DNA of 64,000 nt from Marsupella aquatica. Lineage: Eukaryota > Plantae > Marchantiophyta. The position numbers and the translations under genes were made by a program. A model generated the notes under the pieces. The model saw only the letters and a list, made by a program, of their open reading frames with translations. It had not been told where the DNA came from and ran no database searches. The stretch is taken from NCBI GenBank assembly GCA_973895155.1, contig OZ316894.1, forward strand, positions 13,308,828 to 13,372,827, given 5' to 3'. This document shows positions 1 through 11,843 of this stretch, piece by piece. Each line of letters starts with the position of its first letter. Within the stretch, counting starts at the first letter, position 1.

Positions 1-260
1 AAAGGGCCTCCCGCGAGCTGGGAGGATCACGCGAGCGGGGGGGAGTTAAAGGGCCTCCCGCGAGCTGGGAGGATCACGCGAGCGGGGGGGAGTTAAAGGG
101 CCTCCCGCGAGCTGGGAGGATCACGCGAGCGGGGGGGAGTTAAAGGGCCTCCCGCGAGCTGGGAGGATCACGCGAGCGGGGGGGAGTTAAAGGGCCTCCC
201 GCGAGCTGGGAGGATCACGCGAGCGGGGGGGAGTTGAAGGGCCTCCCGCGAGCCGGGAGG
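1..260 (+). repeat. 47-bp GC-rich tandem repeat, about 5.5 copies, truncated by the window start
   Basis: Unit AAAGGGCCTCCCGCGAGCTGGGAGGATCACGCGAGCGGGGGGGAGTT repeats head-to-tail with no spacers. Each unit has an internal CCTCCC...GGGAGG hairpin. Confidence 0.95.
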
Positions 261-684
261 AATGGCCGCGCGCCCTGCATAGGGCCGCGCGCAGGAGGAC
301 GCAAGGGTAAGGCCCGAGAAATGGGCCGGGGCGCATGGCGAAGGCGCCAGGAGTTTTTTCGGTTCTATTTTTTTTTCCTTCCTTTTTCTTTCCCTCTTCC
401 TTTTGCACGACCCTCTCATTGCCGAAAGCAAAAACGGGGTTCTTCTCTCTCTTGCCGGAAGCTCTCTCCAGATTCTAATTATTTTTGAAGCTCTCTCTTT
501 CATGGTGGATTAGTGGGGCTTGCTGGCGTCATTCTTCCAGGCATTAGTGGCGGCCGCACGGAGTAGTGACGGGAAATTGAGAGAATTTAAGTGATCGGGC
601 TACGGGGGCTGTTTCGGGCCAGGGAATTGACATTGCCACGGGTGACGGGATTGGTGATTGAGAAATTGATTTCGGGATGCATGG

Positions 685-2541
685 ATGCTAGATCAACCAG
701 AGTTTAGTGCGTCACGCATTCGGAGATACAAGGCTGCTTACCGTGACTACGTGGAGACTCGGATTACACGGGAAAGGGAAGAGAGAGAAGTTATGATGAG
801 CACGGGATTGGCAGCGGGTTCCTCACCGGTGGGTAGGAAGATTTTTCGTCGAATTTATCCCAAGACCTCCACCAAGGTGATGGAGGATTGTCGGAACATT
901 TTCCAAGCCACCGGGCTTACAGAATTCATGAAGGTGGAGATTACCATCCCTTCAGGGAAGAGCTGGGACATTGAGGCCGGGATGGAGTTCCGAACGGAGG
1001 GAATCTACTTTGAATGTCTCAAACGTGTAGTGCCCCATGTGGAGTTGGCTAAGCTATTGTTTCTTGAGAATCAGAAAATCTCATTCACACCTCGGAATAT
1101 CAGGGGAGAACTCACGTTGAAAATGGTGGCCACTTGGGTGACCAATCCTACCTCCACCACCGCCATCCCTCTTTCTGCTGTCAAGGATGTTGAGTATAAG
1201 GGCTTCCTGGCCAAGGTGCATCAACGGGTTCTTGGCAACGTGCAATCCGGAGTGCTGAATGAGGAGCATTTCGTGGTAGCTATGGACATCAAGAACTACC
1301 CAGCCCATGTGTACGGATGGTGGTGCTACGGATTGAAGAAGCTATTGGCCGCTGAGCCCGGGAGTGTGAAACCAGGTGGGGCTGTACATTTGATGGGGTC
1401 ATTTGTATTGGCCAGGGCAGAAGGGTTGATTGGTTCTCCGGGGCATGAAGACACGGGATCATCTCTCACCACGGAGATCCGGAGTATTGCCACTACCGTT
1501 TTAGGGAAGCTCACGGAGGAATCATTGTCTGCTGGTGGGGAGGATAATAGAGAAGAAGAGAACCAGGAGGATGATTGCACATTGGAGTGGCTTGAATCAC
1601 TCGTGGGAGATCCGAAACAGCCTCTGGAATACAACATTCCGGATGTTTACTTGGCAGAGCTACGGGATTTCAGAGAGGGAGTCCACGAGGGACTCAAGCT
1701 AGTCCACGCATTGAGGGAGTCTCTCAAGCACGCCACAGTCAAAGTAGAGACGTTAGAGCAGAGCATCCTGTCACTGAAGGAGGTGATCAAGACCAAGGAG
1801 CAGACCATTCATGAGAAGGTCAGGCACATCAATGCAGCTCACGTAGAGATCACCAACTTGAAGGGAGCTTTGTCCACCAAGGCCAAGGAAGCAGAAGAAG
1901 TAGGAGCGTTGAGGCAAGCATTGGCCAAAGAGAAGCAAAATTCTGGAGAAGTGATGGAGTGGAGGAACCAGGTGGGAGCACTACGGAGTCAGGTGGCAGC
2001 CTTTGAGACACGAGCGAAGAGAAGTGAGGCCCTGAGTCTAGGGAAACGGAAGAGTCCCGGCACACCTGGCTCCACACTTTCCCCGGATGTGATCTCCCAA
2101 GCTATCGAGATGGTGGTGAAGGAGGTTAGTGGGAAGTATGGACCCTTGTTGGATGGAGCCAAGAAGAGTCAGGAGAAGAGTAAGAGCTTGGAGAAGAAGC
2201 TCCGGGAGGTACGGAAATCGTTACGGGAGGCTCAGGTCAGTACGGGGATGCCACCCAGGTCTGTCACCCCCGGGACTCCCATGGCCACGGGGCAAGTTCT
2301 ACCGTTGGAGTTGCGGTCCGGAGAAGAGGCTACCCTCTGGAAGGACACAATTGGTGAGGGGTACATCAAGGCGTGGCAGGCCTTGGCTGCTTTGAGGAAG
2401 CGCGGGAGCAGCAGCACTAAGAGTACTCCGTCGAAGAAGAAGAAAAGTACGGTGGCACTCACTCCCGTGAGTGATGAGGAGGAGGACCACTCACGGGGCA
2501 CAAGTCCGGGCACCGAGAGCGAAGAAGAAGAGGAGGATTAG
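685..2541 (+). CDS. 618-aa TE-associated accessory protein: globular N-terminal region, acidic linker, long coiled coil, basic/acidic tail
   Basis: Intact intronless ORF with a heptad-rich C-terminal half. Degraded look-alikes at 21213-23933, 28420-28760 and 52009-52170. Confidence 0.65.
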   Translation: MLDQPEFSASRIRRYKAAYRDYVETRITREREEREVMMSTGLAAGSSPVGRKIFRRIYPKTSTKVMEDCRNIFQATGLTEFMKVEITIPSGKSWDIEAGMEFRTEGIYFECLKRVVPHVELAKLLFLENQKISFTPRNIRGELTLKMVATWVTNPTSTTAIPLSAVKDVEYKGFLAKVHQRVLGNVQSGVLNEEHFVVAMDIKNYPAHVYGWWCYGLKKLLAAEPGSVKPGGAVHLMGSFVLARAEGLIGSPGHEDTGSSLTTEIRSIATTVLGKLTEESLSAGGEDNREEENQEDDCTLEWLESLVGDPKQPLEYNIPDVYLAELRDFREGVHEGLKLVHALRESLKHATVKVETLEQSILSLKEVIKTKEQTIHEKVRHINAAHVEITNLKGALSTKAKEAEEVGALRQALAKEKQNSGEVMEWRNQVGALRSQVAAFETRAKRSEALSLGKRKSPGTPGSTLSPDVISQAIEMVVKEVSGKYGPLLDGAKKSQEKSKSLEKKLREVRKSLREAQVSTGMPPRSVTPGTPMATGQVLPLELRSGEEATLWKDTIGEGYIKAWQALAALRKRGSSSTKSTPSKKKKSTVALTPVSDEEEDHSRGTSPGTESEEEEED

Positions 2542-4400
2542 ATAGGCGTACGGACGTGGGTGTACGGCCTCCAGATTTCCAACATTTTAGTGGGGGGTCA
2601 CTCATGGGCTTGTTGGGATGAGCTCGCGGAGCTGATTCCAACAAGAGGCGGCGCTCCTCAAACGGAGCCAGGATGAGCAAGTTATGGCCTGGAGAACTTA
2701 TGTTTTTGCGGTACGGAAACGGCCATAACTCAGGCGTCTGAAGTCCGTTGAGGGAGCGACTTAGTGATTCGGAAGCAGGAAAAGAAGAGCTATCCAGGGG
2801 TGAGCTCAGGTGTGCACTTGGAAGGGCACCTAGTTTCGGCCATTTTGGGGTGCCTCTCACTTTCAGGGTTCACGTGTACTGTTGGGGCGCCGTCGAAGGC
2901 ACCGTCGGCCCCCTTGTTTTGGGTTTAGGGTTTTAGCAGCATGTGTGTGCCGCATGCTCCTCTTCAGTTTAAGGATTTCTCTTAGTGCAAGGTTTTAGCG
3001 GCGCCGCTAGGGTAGCCGCCACCGTTGTGACCCTGTGAGGGGTGCTTTGGTGTGATTTTTCAGTATTTAGGGGGATAGCCCCGAAGTAGTTAGGGGGACT
3101 CAGTGTGAAGTTAGCAAGGAGGGATAGAGTGGAGCCTGAGGAGTTTGAAAGCGTGTTCAGAGTAGTGAGGGGGAGCCATACTCATTGTCCGGAGAGGCAG
3201 GAGTTGAGTAGACGGCAGGAGGCCGGGTTACTCATGCAATGTGTATCGTTTTTCCCAAGAGATATGGATCTGTACATTTGACTTGATGGGCTTTTGTTGT
3301 GTGTTCCTTCTCCCTTTTTCGCTTTCCGAATTGTGTTCTCCCGTTCTATGATTTGAAGAAACTTGCTTGGTTTGAGTCGGCCTTGTGAGTAGGGGTGGTG
3401 ACAGCACTCTTTGGGTGACTCCGAGTGAAGGTGTAGTGGGGTAGTCGGCAGGACTTGATCAAAAGCTGTGGGGTGAGGGTAGTCGGTAGACTTGATCAAA
3501 ACCTACATTTCCGGGAGCGGAAACCAAAATACTCATCCTGGTGTGAAAAGAATCCAAATAGCGTCCCTCCACGACCCCGTAATACGATACCAACGGTTTA
3601 AGCGAAGAAAAGTGCGGTTTGCACGTATTAACCGTTGGAGAGGCAAGTGACACCTACAACTAATTCAAACATCAAAACTTGAATACTTAGGTTTGACCCA
3701 TGAAATGTTTGAAATTCAATTGATGTGAGTGGTACAAGTCTTCTCCATTAGATTCTTTCTCCTAAGCCCAATTTGGCACAAGAAAAAGACCCATACTTGG
3801 TCAAAAATCAATGTTGAAGAAAAGACACAAGCATTTTCTTGTGAGTCCAAATGTAGGGAGCTCCCTCATAACATGGGAGAAACCAAAGGGTTTTCTCCTA
3901 AGTTGAGAAATCTATTCCTATCTAAAAGGAATTCTAGACTCTAAGAGACAAGGTAAAAGGTAAGACGCTTACAAATCTAAATCTGAGACTCCATAAGTGA
4001 CAAGTGATGTCATTCTAAATCTGATCCTAATTAACTAAAATAAAGCTCAAGTAAGAGGTAAAACGATTTATGAGTCAAGGGCCAAAACTATGTAGTCTTT
4101 GTTCCGTCAAAGTTGTTGCCGAAAGTCTAAACCGATTCTGTAGTGTTCAAGCGATTGTTTGTCCGAAGCGATTCTTCCTTCCAAACTCAAACTTCTTAAC
4201 TTTCTTCCATAACGTTCCTTTGAGGCTTAAAATGGGTTAAAGGGTGACGGATAGACCAAAAGAAGCTTCAAGTAAGGTTAAAATGTTTGAAAATCTGCCA
4301 TTTCCACTCCAATGCTTATTTTTGCCATTCCACAGGGGTATTGAAATCGACATCTTCTCCATCGCCCGAAATGTCACTTCCAGACAGATTAACAACAGGA

Positions 4401-7157
4401 TTAACTAGGCGTGGGGCCAGGGATAGCATCAAATGTCGTGCGATTAAGATTCTTCCTTTTCATCGATCTAGTATTGGGCGAGGTGACAAGGATTTTATCA
4501 TCCCTATGGGAGTCTTGTGGCGAGATATTCCCAGATGCATGTCCCTTCCTCTTCAAAGATTTGGTGACAACATCTCCATTGAGAGGTGCACGTCTCTCCA
4601 AGTCAAACTCGACAGCGTTGGACAGTAGCATATTCATTGCATCTTCATACAACTTGGGGGAGCCTGCCTGGTCTGCTGATCAGAAAGCGAGTTCCCAAAT
4701 CGTGGGACCTTTTCCTCTATGCAACCCTTTCCGATACGCAGTGTAAGCAGCAACCTGAGAAATAGCTCAATTTTGGTCCATTTCACATGCCTCAAAGAGG
4801 CCAACCTTTTTCTTCATTACCCATGCTTTCATACCTGCGTGCACGGACTCTGATCCTGTACAATTAGGAATCTTAGCCCCTTCTTCGACACTCTTGTTAT
4901 GCAATTACATAGAATAAATTGTCTGTTACGCAACAAGAAAACACTAGCGTCGGGCGCTAGAGAAGTGGAGTCGGTACCTAGAAGTCAAAACTGGCAATGT
5001 ACATTAAGGGACAACTTATTGCATCCTATTGTGTTATCTGACAGTTCGAATAAATGATAGTGCCAGGCGCTAGTATTAAAGGATGCTATGGTATTGTAAT
5101 ATTTGAAGTTTACACTATGGATACAATCATTTTGTAATGAGAATATAGCAGAGCAATACCTAAAGAGCAGAAAGCAAAGTAAAACAACTTACCAAGCGAA
5201 TAAAATTTCCCCATTGCCTCCACCTGACGACCCACCATGAAATCCAACTCTGGAGCATCCGGAGCTTCCCGGGGACACAATTACCGGACTGCCACCACAA
5301 ATCAATCTCCCTTGAAAGTCTGTAAGCCTCTACAAACGTGGGGGCATTTTGCATCTTATCCCAAAGCCTGCGATGCTCTGCTTGACTCTCTTGAATCACT
5401 CCTTCAACTGAATGGCGATGGAAGGCTTGGTAGAAATGGAATGCGTCAGTTCACTCACGCTTTGGGTTTGGATGCCCTCCAAAAAAGACATTTCGGACTG
5501 CCAGCCAACCAGCTTGAGCATTGTCCGCCATGAATCCATGAATAATCGGATTTTCTAATCCATTCTCCTTGGACACCTCAATCATTAGTCTCCAAGCCTT
5601 CTCGAACAACTCTGTATCCTCTGCTTTTAGTTCGCAGGTAAATAAGGTACACAGAGCGCGATAGTTGTGATCGTAAATATGCGCACTAAAAGTAACCCAG
5701 TCTTTTGTGAGTCGTTTCATCACATCAAAACTTACCCAAGCACCTTCGAGACTTCCACCAGGTTGCATTTGTCTCAAAAGATCGACGCCTGATCCATGGC
5801 CGATCGAAGTCATCTTGAATATGTGAGGACGGTCTTCTTGAGATCCTTGACCTGGTAGGAGGTACCTTTGTAGGAAAGGCATGTTGATATTTCTTTGATA
5901 CCGAACAAGAAAATCTAGTTCACCTCGACCTTTCTGGTCCTGTCTAACACTACGAAAGAGGGACGCAAACTTCTGGGGTGTGGAAACTACCATGAGCGAC
6001 TCAAATATCTCTGTTTCTTCAATATCTTGAATATCTTCCATACTTTCACACAAGGACTTTACAAAGGACCCTGTCGCAACATTTTTTACACCAGCAGGGG
6101 TGAAAATTGGATTTCCTTCTAATTTCTTTTTGATAACCTCCTCAACAATCTTCTCTTTGCTCTGAGAAAACACCTTTCTTGAAGGATGGTTGTGGATCCC
6201 CATATGAATTGTCAAGCGGGACATGTAAGTACAGGTTTCTGAGTCAACTAGAACCTGAGGGGAGGTGTTTACAAAAGACAGCAAACAGGAAACAAGATTT
6301 AATAACAGAAACTAGTAACAGGAAAAAAAACTGGTAATAGGAAAATGGGTGAAAAAAAAAATTGATTTTTTTTTTTTGAGAAAAAAATAAATAAATTTTT
6401 CGGTCGACCAGTTTTTTTTGCTAGCGCCCAAATCTAACCAAAAATGTTGCATTGTTAATTTTTTTTGGAAATAACATGTTTTAGGAGACATTTTTAAATT
6501 GTCATTTTTCCTGGTAACAATGATTTTTTCCTGGTAATAGCACATTAAAAACAGGAAAAAAATTCCTGTTTACCTGTTTCCTGTCTCTGTCGCTATACCC
6601 AACCTTAAGATTTCACTGGAACCAGTTGACTTGAGAATGGTATCCATTGCACTTCTCCGATACACAATGGAATTTTTGGTAAAAATTGCTGTAACCTCCT
6701 GTTTAACAACTGTGTGAGGGGGTTTAGCACTAGACTCAGGCAAACCAGAAGGTCCATCATCGTCGCTATCTGAAAGCAAGACAACATCAACAAAGGGTTT
6801 GGATGAAGATGGGAGATCGGATGCTACTGGTTTTCGAATGACAATAGAATACCGAATTCCTGCATTCAGGTGCCAAAAATGAATCTCGTCATCAACATCA
6901 AAAGAAGGAGTGAAATTAGACGCTTCATCTCCATTTCCCTCCTCCAAAATGTCCTCAATGTCGTTCAAATCCAAACCAAAGCGCCCACAGAGATAATTCT
7001 CACTAACTTGCTTGTATACGTCATTGGCCGACAATGGAATGGATACAAGGTCACCGGTAGACGGACGCGTCAGAACGATTGACCTCGACATTGTAAGATC
7101 ATCCAACCCAAAAACACTCAGTTCACGATAATGAATGACGTCTTCGAATGTACACAA
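4401..7157 (-). pseudogene. MULE-type DDE transposase, spliced and disrupted
   Basis: WRKY/FAR1-like Zn-finger end IHMGIHNHP. Candidate catalytic triad AWVSFD (~5727), HGFMADNAQAGW (~5525) and GSESVHAG (~4848), with DAFHF at the CxxH-like position. GT donor at 5192. Several in-frame TGA/TAG stops and a MITE insertion at 6261-6600. Confidence 0.8.
6261..6600. mobile_element. Non-autonomous MULE-type MITE inserted in the transposase
   Basis: Asymmetric ends GGAGGTGTTTACAAAAGACAGCAAACAGG and CCTGTTTCCTGTCTCTGTCGCTATACCC. Flanks AACCTGAGG (6252-6260) and AACCTTAAG (6601-6609) match 7/9 as a TSD. Degenerate palindrome at ~6422. Confidence 0.75.
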
Positions 7158-8107
7158 TGGTATTCATAGTGAATAATCCGTTTGTCAGAGCCGTTAGAAT
7201 ACGACAGAATCACTACCGGTCAAAAGCACATCTGACACAATAAATGTTTTTTGTCGTTATGTCAACGACATTTACACTATTGAGCCTAAGATGTCCATTT
7301 CCAAACAGCATAATCATGTTTATTAAATCACCATAATTGAGTAGCGTCGGGCGCTACTCAAACCCACACCCTAAATTGTGGTATAAAACTGGAATATTTT
7401 ATCCGGGGTTTCAGAATAAATCCTAAATTTTTGCAGCTATTTTCCAAATATTATCTAAAATTTTACCAAAATATGGATATTTAATATTAGCGCCGGGCGC
7501 TAATCTGAAACGGTAATCATGACATTTATTTAAGGACAAATATTCAAAAATTGAATTCATTTTGTTTTTTATTTTATACTTCAGGGTCATTGTTGTCCTG
7601 ACTAAGGGAAAATTTAGGGTTTAAATAGTGAGCGTTTTGGGTAGCGCCAGGCGCTACTATTGACCAATATCAGATTTCAACTAGGAATATAGATTAAAAT
7701 CACCAAATTATTCTTTAACCGTCATATTCAACGGTAACGTTAGGTCGTGTAACATTGAAGATATGCCAACGGTATTCCAACAACTAATCCGGAGTTGACA
7801 AGTGGCGCTCAGGAGAATGTCGTAAATAGATATCAATGTAGCGAGGGGATAGTTTAGAGATGATACTCTCCCCACCTTCCTTGTCCGCTGTATTTAGGTT
7901 CCGTTTTGGAGGTTCTTTGTGCAAGAATTCTCTAGAAGAAGTACGGTACGAATGAGGTACTCATCACAATCGTGAAGCATTTTGTGTATGTGAAACATGG
8001 ACCCTCTCCCCACCACCTAGCATGGGTATAGTGCTAATGGGCAGAGAGAGCAGATCTATTCCCAGACATCCCAGTGCTCATTTTCTGGATCTGTTTACAG
8101 TCGTCAA

Positions 8108-11100
8108 GTGACACGGTCTACAGCATCCCAAACTCCTGCAACAATCGCGGTAGTCACATTTCCGAAGAGCAAGAGAGCGAAGATGGACGATCTCGACACA
8201 TACGCTGTCGAAGATCAAGGAGAAATGTCGCTGACAATGTCCGACGTTATCTCCAAGCACGTTATAGTGTTTGGCAAGGATTTTTTAGGGCACGACAAAG
8301 ACCCCCCAAGGATTCCAATGTGTCACTTGGTTCACATGGAAGTTGTCCGCACCTTACAGAAGGGAAGTCCTTCAATTGAAAAGTTGAAGGACTCTTTTCG
8401 TAGCATAGGATATAACTCAAAAATTGGAATGTTGTTCTATGTCCAGCCGGCAGATTGGAATGGGAATGTCCAGACATGTACTCCGGAAATTCGAGCGACC
8501 TGGGACCTGATGTGGGTGGGCGAGAAAGAGAAGTTTGAAGCTGAATGTGTGGCCGATCCAGACTTCATGGTGTTACAAGATAAGATGTTTTATGTTTTTG
8601 ACGGTAACCATCAACTTTACGCATGGTCGATCGTTACGAAAGAAAATCCCAAAGATAGCAAGTATCACCCGCGTGTGCAATGTACTATTTTCAAGGGTGA
8701 AAAGGGATCTTTGATTGAGATTGAGGCGACTATGCATACTGTGAACCAGTAAGTCTCTCTTTGAATTTCACCTATCCTTCTTTTTCATAGTATTTTTTTT
8801 ACTAGCGCCTGGCGCTATTGACTGACAAATTCTTCTGTAGACTTGGACAGGCCGTGGTGGAACCTTCCTGGATACTTCATGCCGACCGAATTAAGAGGAT
8901 TTTTTCCAACAATCTAGAATACTATAAATCAATCATTGATGGGGCAAACTTCAAGAAGTTTGGGCAGGTGATGCAGAAGACTCGAAAAGGATCGTGGTAT
9001 TCCAAGAAAATGCCTCAAGAAGCACTTCTGTATATCTTATGCGAGAATAAGATTAAATCCTATTCTCGCCAATTCAAGATGGACTTGGAGTCGGCAACCG
9101 CTCAGGGAAATCCTTGGTCTCAGGAAAAGACATCCAAACGACATGCGGTCATGATGAAAGAAGCAACGAAGGATTGGGCGATCAAGGTCTCAAAGATCAC
9201 TCCCTTGTTGAGTCCAGAGTTTGAAGACTTCATGACAACTTGTGCTGAGATGTATCCGATGACAGAGGTGAACAAACGCAAGAAGAAACCGGATGCGGTT
9301 GTCTGTACCATGGATCGTGCCAGGTTATTTACAGTAGTCTTCGCCCTCAACCCCAAATTGAGGAGCACTTTGTTAGTAGCGCATTGCACGCCAGAGCTCA
9401 GGAAGTAGTTCTTTCACCCACAAAGCGTTAGCGATGACCCTGTGAAGCAGTGGTGCCAAACATGGCAAACTTGGAATAGCATGGAGGGAATTGCTATTGG
9501 TATGCTGCAGACTGCCCTCCAGCAAATCAGTGAAATAATTCCTTCCAATCGATTGGAGGAATGGAAGTGTGAGTCTTATGACTCACTCGTTGAAATAGTG
9601 TGCAATGATTTCAAAAAATTTGGGGATGCAGTGAAAGGTAAGTTTTTCAATACGATGTGGATGTCCAAGTACCCGGACAAGGAAGACTACACACTCAAGA
9701 ATCAAAAGCGAGCAAAATGATATGTCTATTGTTTCTTCATGCACGTGGAGATTGTGAAGCCTGACTATTTTTGGGCTTACCCAGCTGCTTTCCAGAATTG
9801 GGTCATCTGCGCAGATGGAGACATTTTGGCCAAACTGTATTCGATGTATCCCGCAGAGGGTATACTTCCACCAAGGAAATTGTCAGAGTGGGAGAGAATT
9901 CACTGCCCTTGGTATCTTGACACCGACAAATGGGATTCTCCTTTTGACGACACTGAGAAGGATGCTTTCCATAAACTGTCCAAATCCCAAGTTCCGAGAC
10001 AATTTGTCTCCGACATGAAGCAAGGAATTGAGGGGGACATCAACTCGTCGACGACTGAGTTGCAAAAAAAATGCGAAACCACTGTGGTTCATGTTGATCG
10101 AAGCCGAAAACCAAGAGCCAAAGCCAAGGCGAATGCCCCTATGGCAAGTGCTAGTGCCAAGTCTGGGAAAAATGTAAGCTACACCTCCTTCTTCCAACTT
10201 CCTTCTTTGGTAGCGCCTGGCGCTATCATGTGTCGTGAGTTTAATATGTTTTATTTCCCAAAATTAATGTGAGTGTTTGGTCAGCGCCTGGCGCTAACAC
10301 TCTTTATGTGCTTGACACCATTTTTTGGTAGGTGGGCAAAAATCTGATACTGCCACGGATGACACAAAAGTCGATGCAACACCAGAAGTCTCTGAGGCCA
10401 ACATTGGTGCCAATCCAGACCCCATCACCCCAGTTGAGAAGGGGAAGGTTATAGTTCCTATGGATGCTACAAGCACAAAGAAGAAGAAGAAAAGGACCAT
10501 CGATGCCTGGGAATCGTCACGAGATAATGCTTTTGGGGCCGGTATCCAACGGGATGTGGGGAATTTCAAGACCAAACTCGGAAGACACTGTATGGTCGAA
10601 TCAAGCTTGGCAGAATTCATTGATAGTAAATTTAGTAAGGAAGAGAAGCCAGATTGGGTCGCAGACGCTGAGAAGTGGGGTAAGGATTTGATCAAATTGG
10701 GGTGTAGAGATAAAGGAGTCATTCGAGGTGGGAAGGAACGATCATTTGGGGTGAATGCGGGTTTCATCTATCTCCCAACTGGTTTGAAACCCAATTGTTG
10801 ACCGTCGAGTCCCGAAATGGAATGTCACAGATCACATAGCAGCCAAATGGTTTTTTTGGGCGATGGATCCTTTCCTTTTGGATGACGGCATGCTCCCTAT
10901 CTTATACTTGGATGACCACGATCAGATTTCCCAGGTCATTTCTGCATGTCAGCAATCCAAGAAGTTCATGTGCATCAATACGCACAATGTTTTCATGTCT
11001 GTCCCAATGTACAGATCCAAGATAGATGTCCAGGTAAATGTTCTCTCTGAGTATAGCTATACTAGCGCCCGACGCTAATCTTTCTTTCTTAGGAAGTCTT

Positions 11101-11722
11101 CTCTCATGAATAAGAGATTTTTAAAATCCAGTTGGTTTGTCAACTTTTGTAGGTCTTCACTCTTAGACAAGATATATTTTGTCGAGTTTCTTTTAAAGGA
11201 AAGGTCCCAAAGGATCCAAGATTCAAGCCGTTATCTAGCGCTAAAGATCCTTCAATCTCGAACCTTATTGGGCTACAATCTTTGAAGGAAGATCATTGTC
11301 CTGAACTCCATTTTACTGGGAATTCCCGACTACCGGTTGGTTTTATGCAAACTGTCCTTAAACTCTTTACGACACCTAAGGATATTGTAATTGATTGGAC
11401 CGTCGGCTCAGGTAGTACGTTCATTGCTGGGGATTACTCGGGCCGTTTTGTCATCGGGTTAGAAAATCGTTGGGAGTTTGTTGAGACCGCTTCGAGGATT
11501 TTGTTGGACCTCATTTCTCCCAAACCTTTGGAGACACAACCTCCCCCTCCTCAAATAACTGGACAAAAAAAGAAAGATAGACTTAGATCTGTCCTCAACT
11601 TTGACTCGGACGAAGATGATGGGACGCCAAAAGATGATGTTCCTAAGGATGTCAATGACGGTGGGAAAGAGGAAACCCGACATGATGGGTCAACGGAGGA
11701 CAGCGAAGAGTCTTTGAAGTAA
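8108..11722 (+). pseudogene. ParB/Srx-like domain fused to a beta-class (N4C/N6A) DNA methyltransferase-like domain; multi-exon, disrupted
   Basis: N-terminal VRTLQKGSPSIEKLKDSFRSIGY...FYVFDGNHQLYAW resembles ParB (DGxxR). C-terminal FIYLPTG...FLLDDGMLPIL...RLPVGFMQTVLKLFTTPKDIVIDWTVGSGSTFIAGDYSGRFVIGLEN follows MTase motif order IV-VI-X-I-II. Frame-consistent GT-AG introns at 8749-8840 and 11034-11152; a probable intron at 10174-10331 does not keep frame. In-frame stops at 9406 and 9718, frameshift at ~10793. Confidence 0.8.
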
Positions 11723-11843
11723 TTTTTGTCTCTCGTAAGCTCCTTTATCCTTTCAATTGTTGGCTAACCTTCAATTCCACCGGTTCTATCGGTTAAGTAC
11801 TTACTTCCTCTTTCTCTTCCGCTTCTCTTTTGAGCAGGTCAGA

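Larger units (their letters stand above)
1..3652. mobile_element. LTR-retrotransposon-related segment carrying an accessory ORF, ending in TGACA
   Basis: Ends ...GGCAAGTGACA. The subterminal ACATTTCC..GCGG..AAACCAAA motif recurs in a second TGACA-ending segment near 46817-47029. Contains a single-exon non-gag/pol ORF. Confidence 0.5.

Noticed and set aside
1-260. Hairpin-containing repeats as a CRISPR array
   Set aside because: Units are contiguous and identical with no unique spacers, no cas genes are present, and the context is eukaryotic.
8108-11722. Bacterial or phage contamination as the source of the ParB-MTase
   Set aside because: The gene has frame-preserving GT-AG introns and lies in an element nested among plant TEs.
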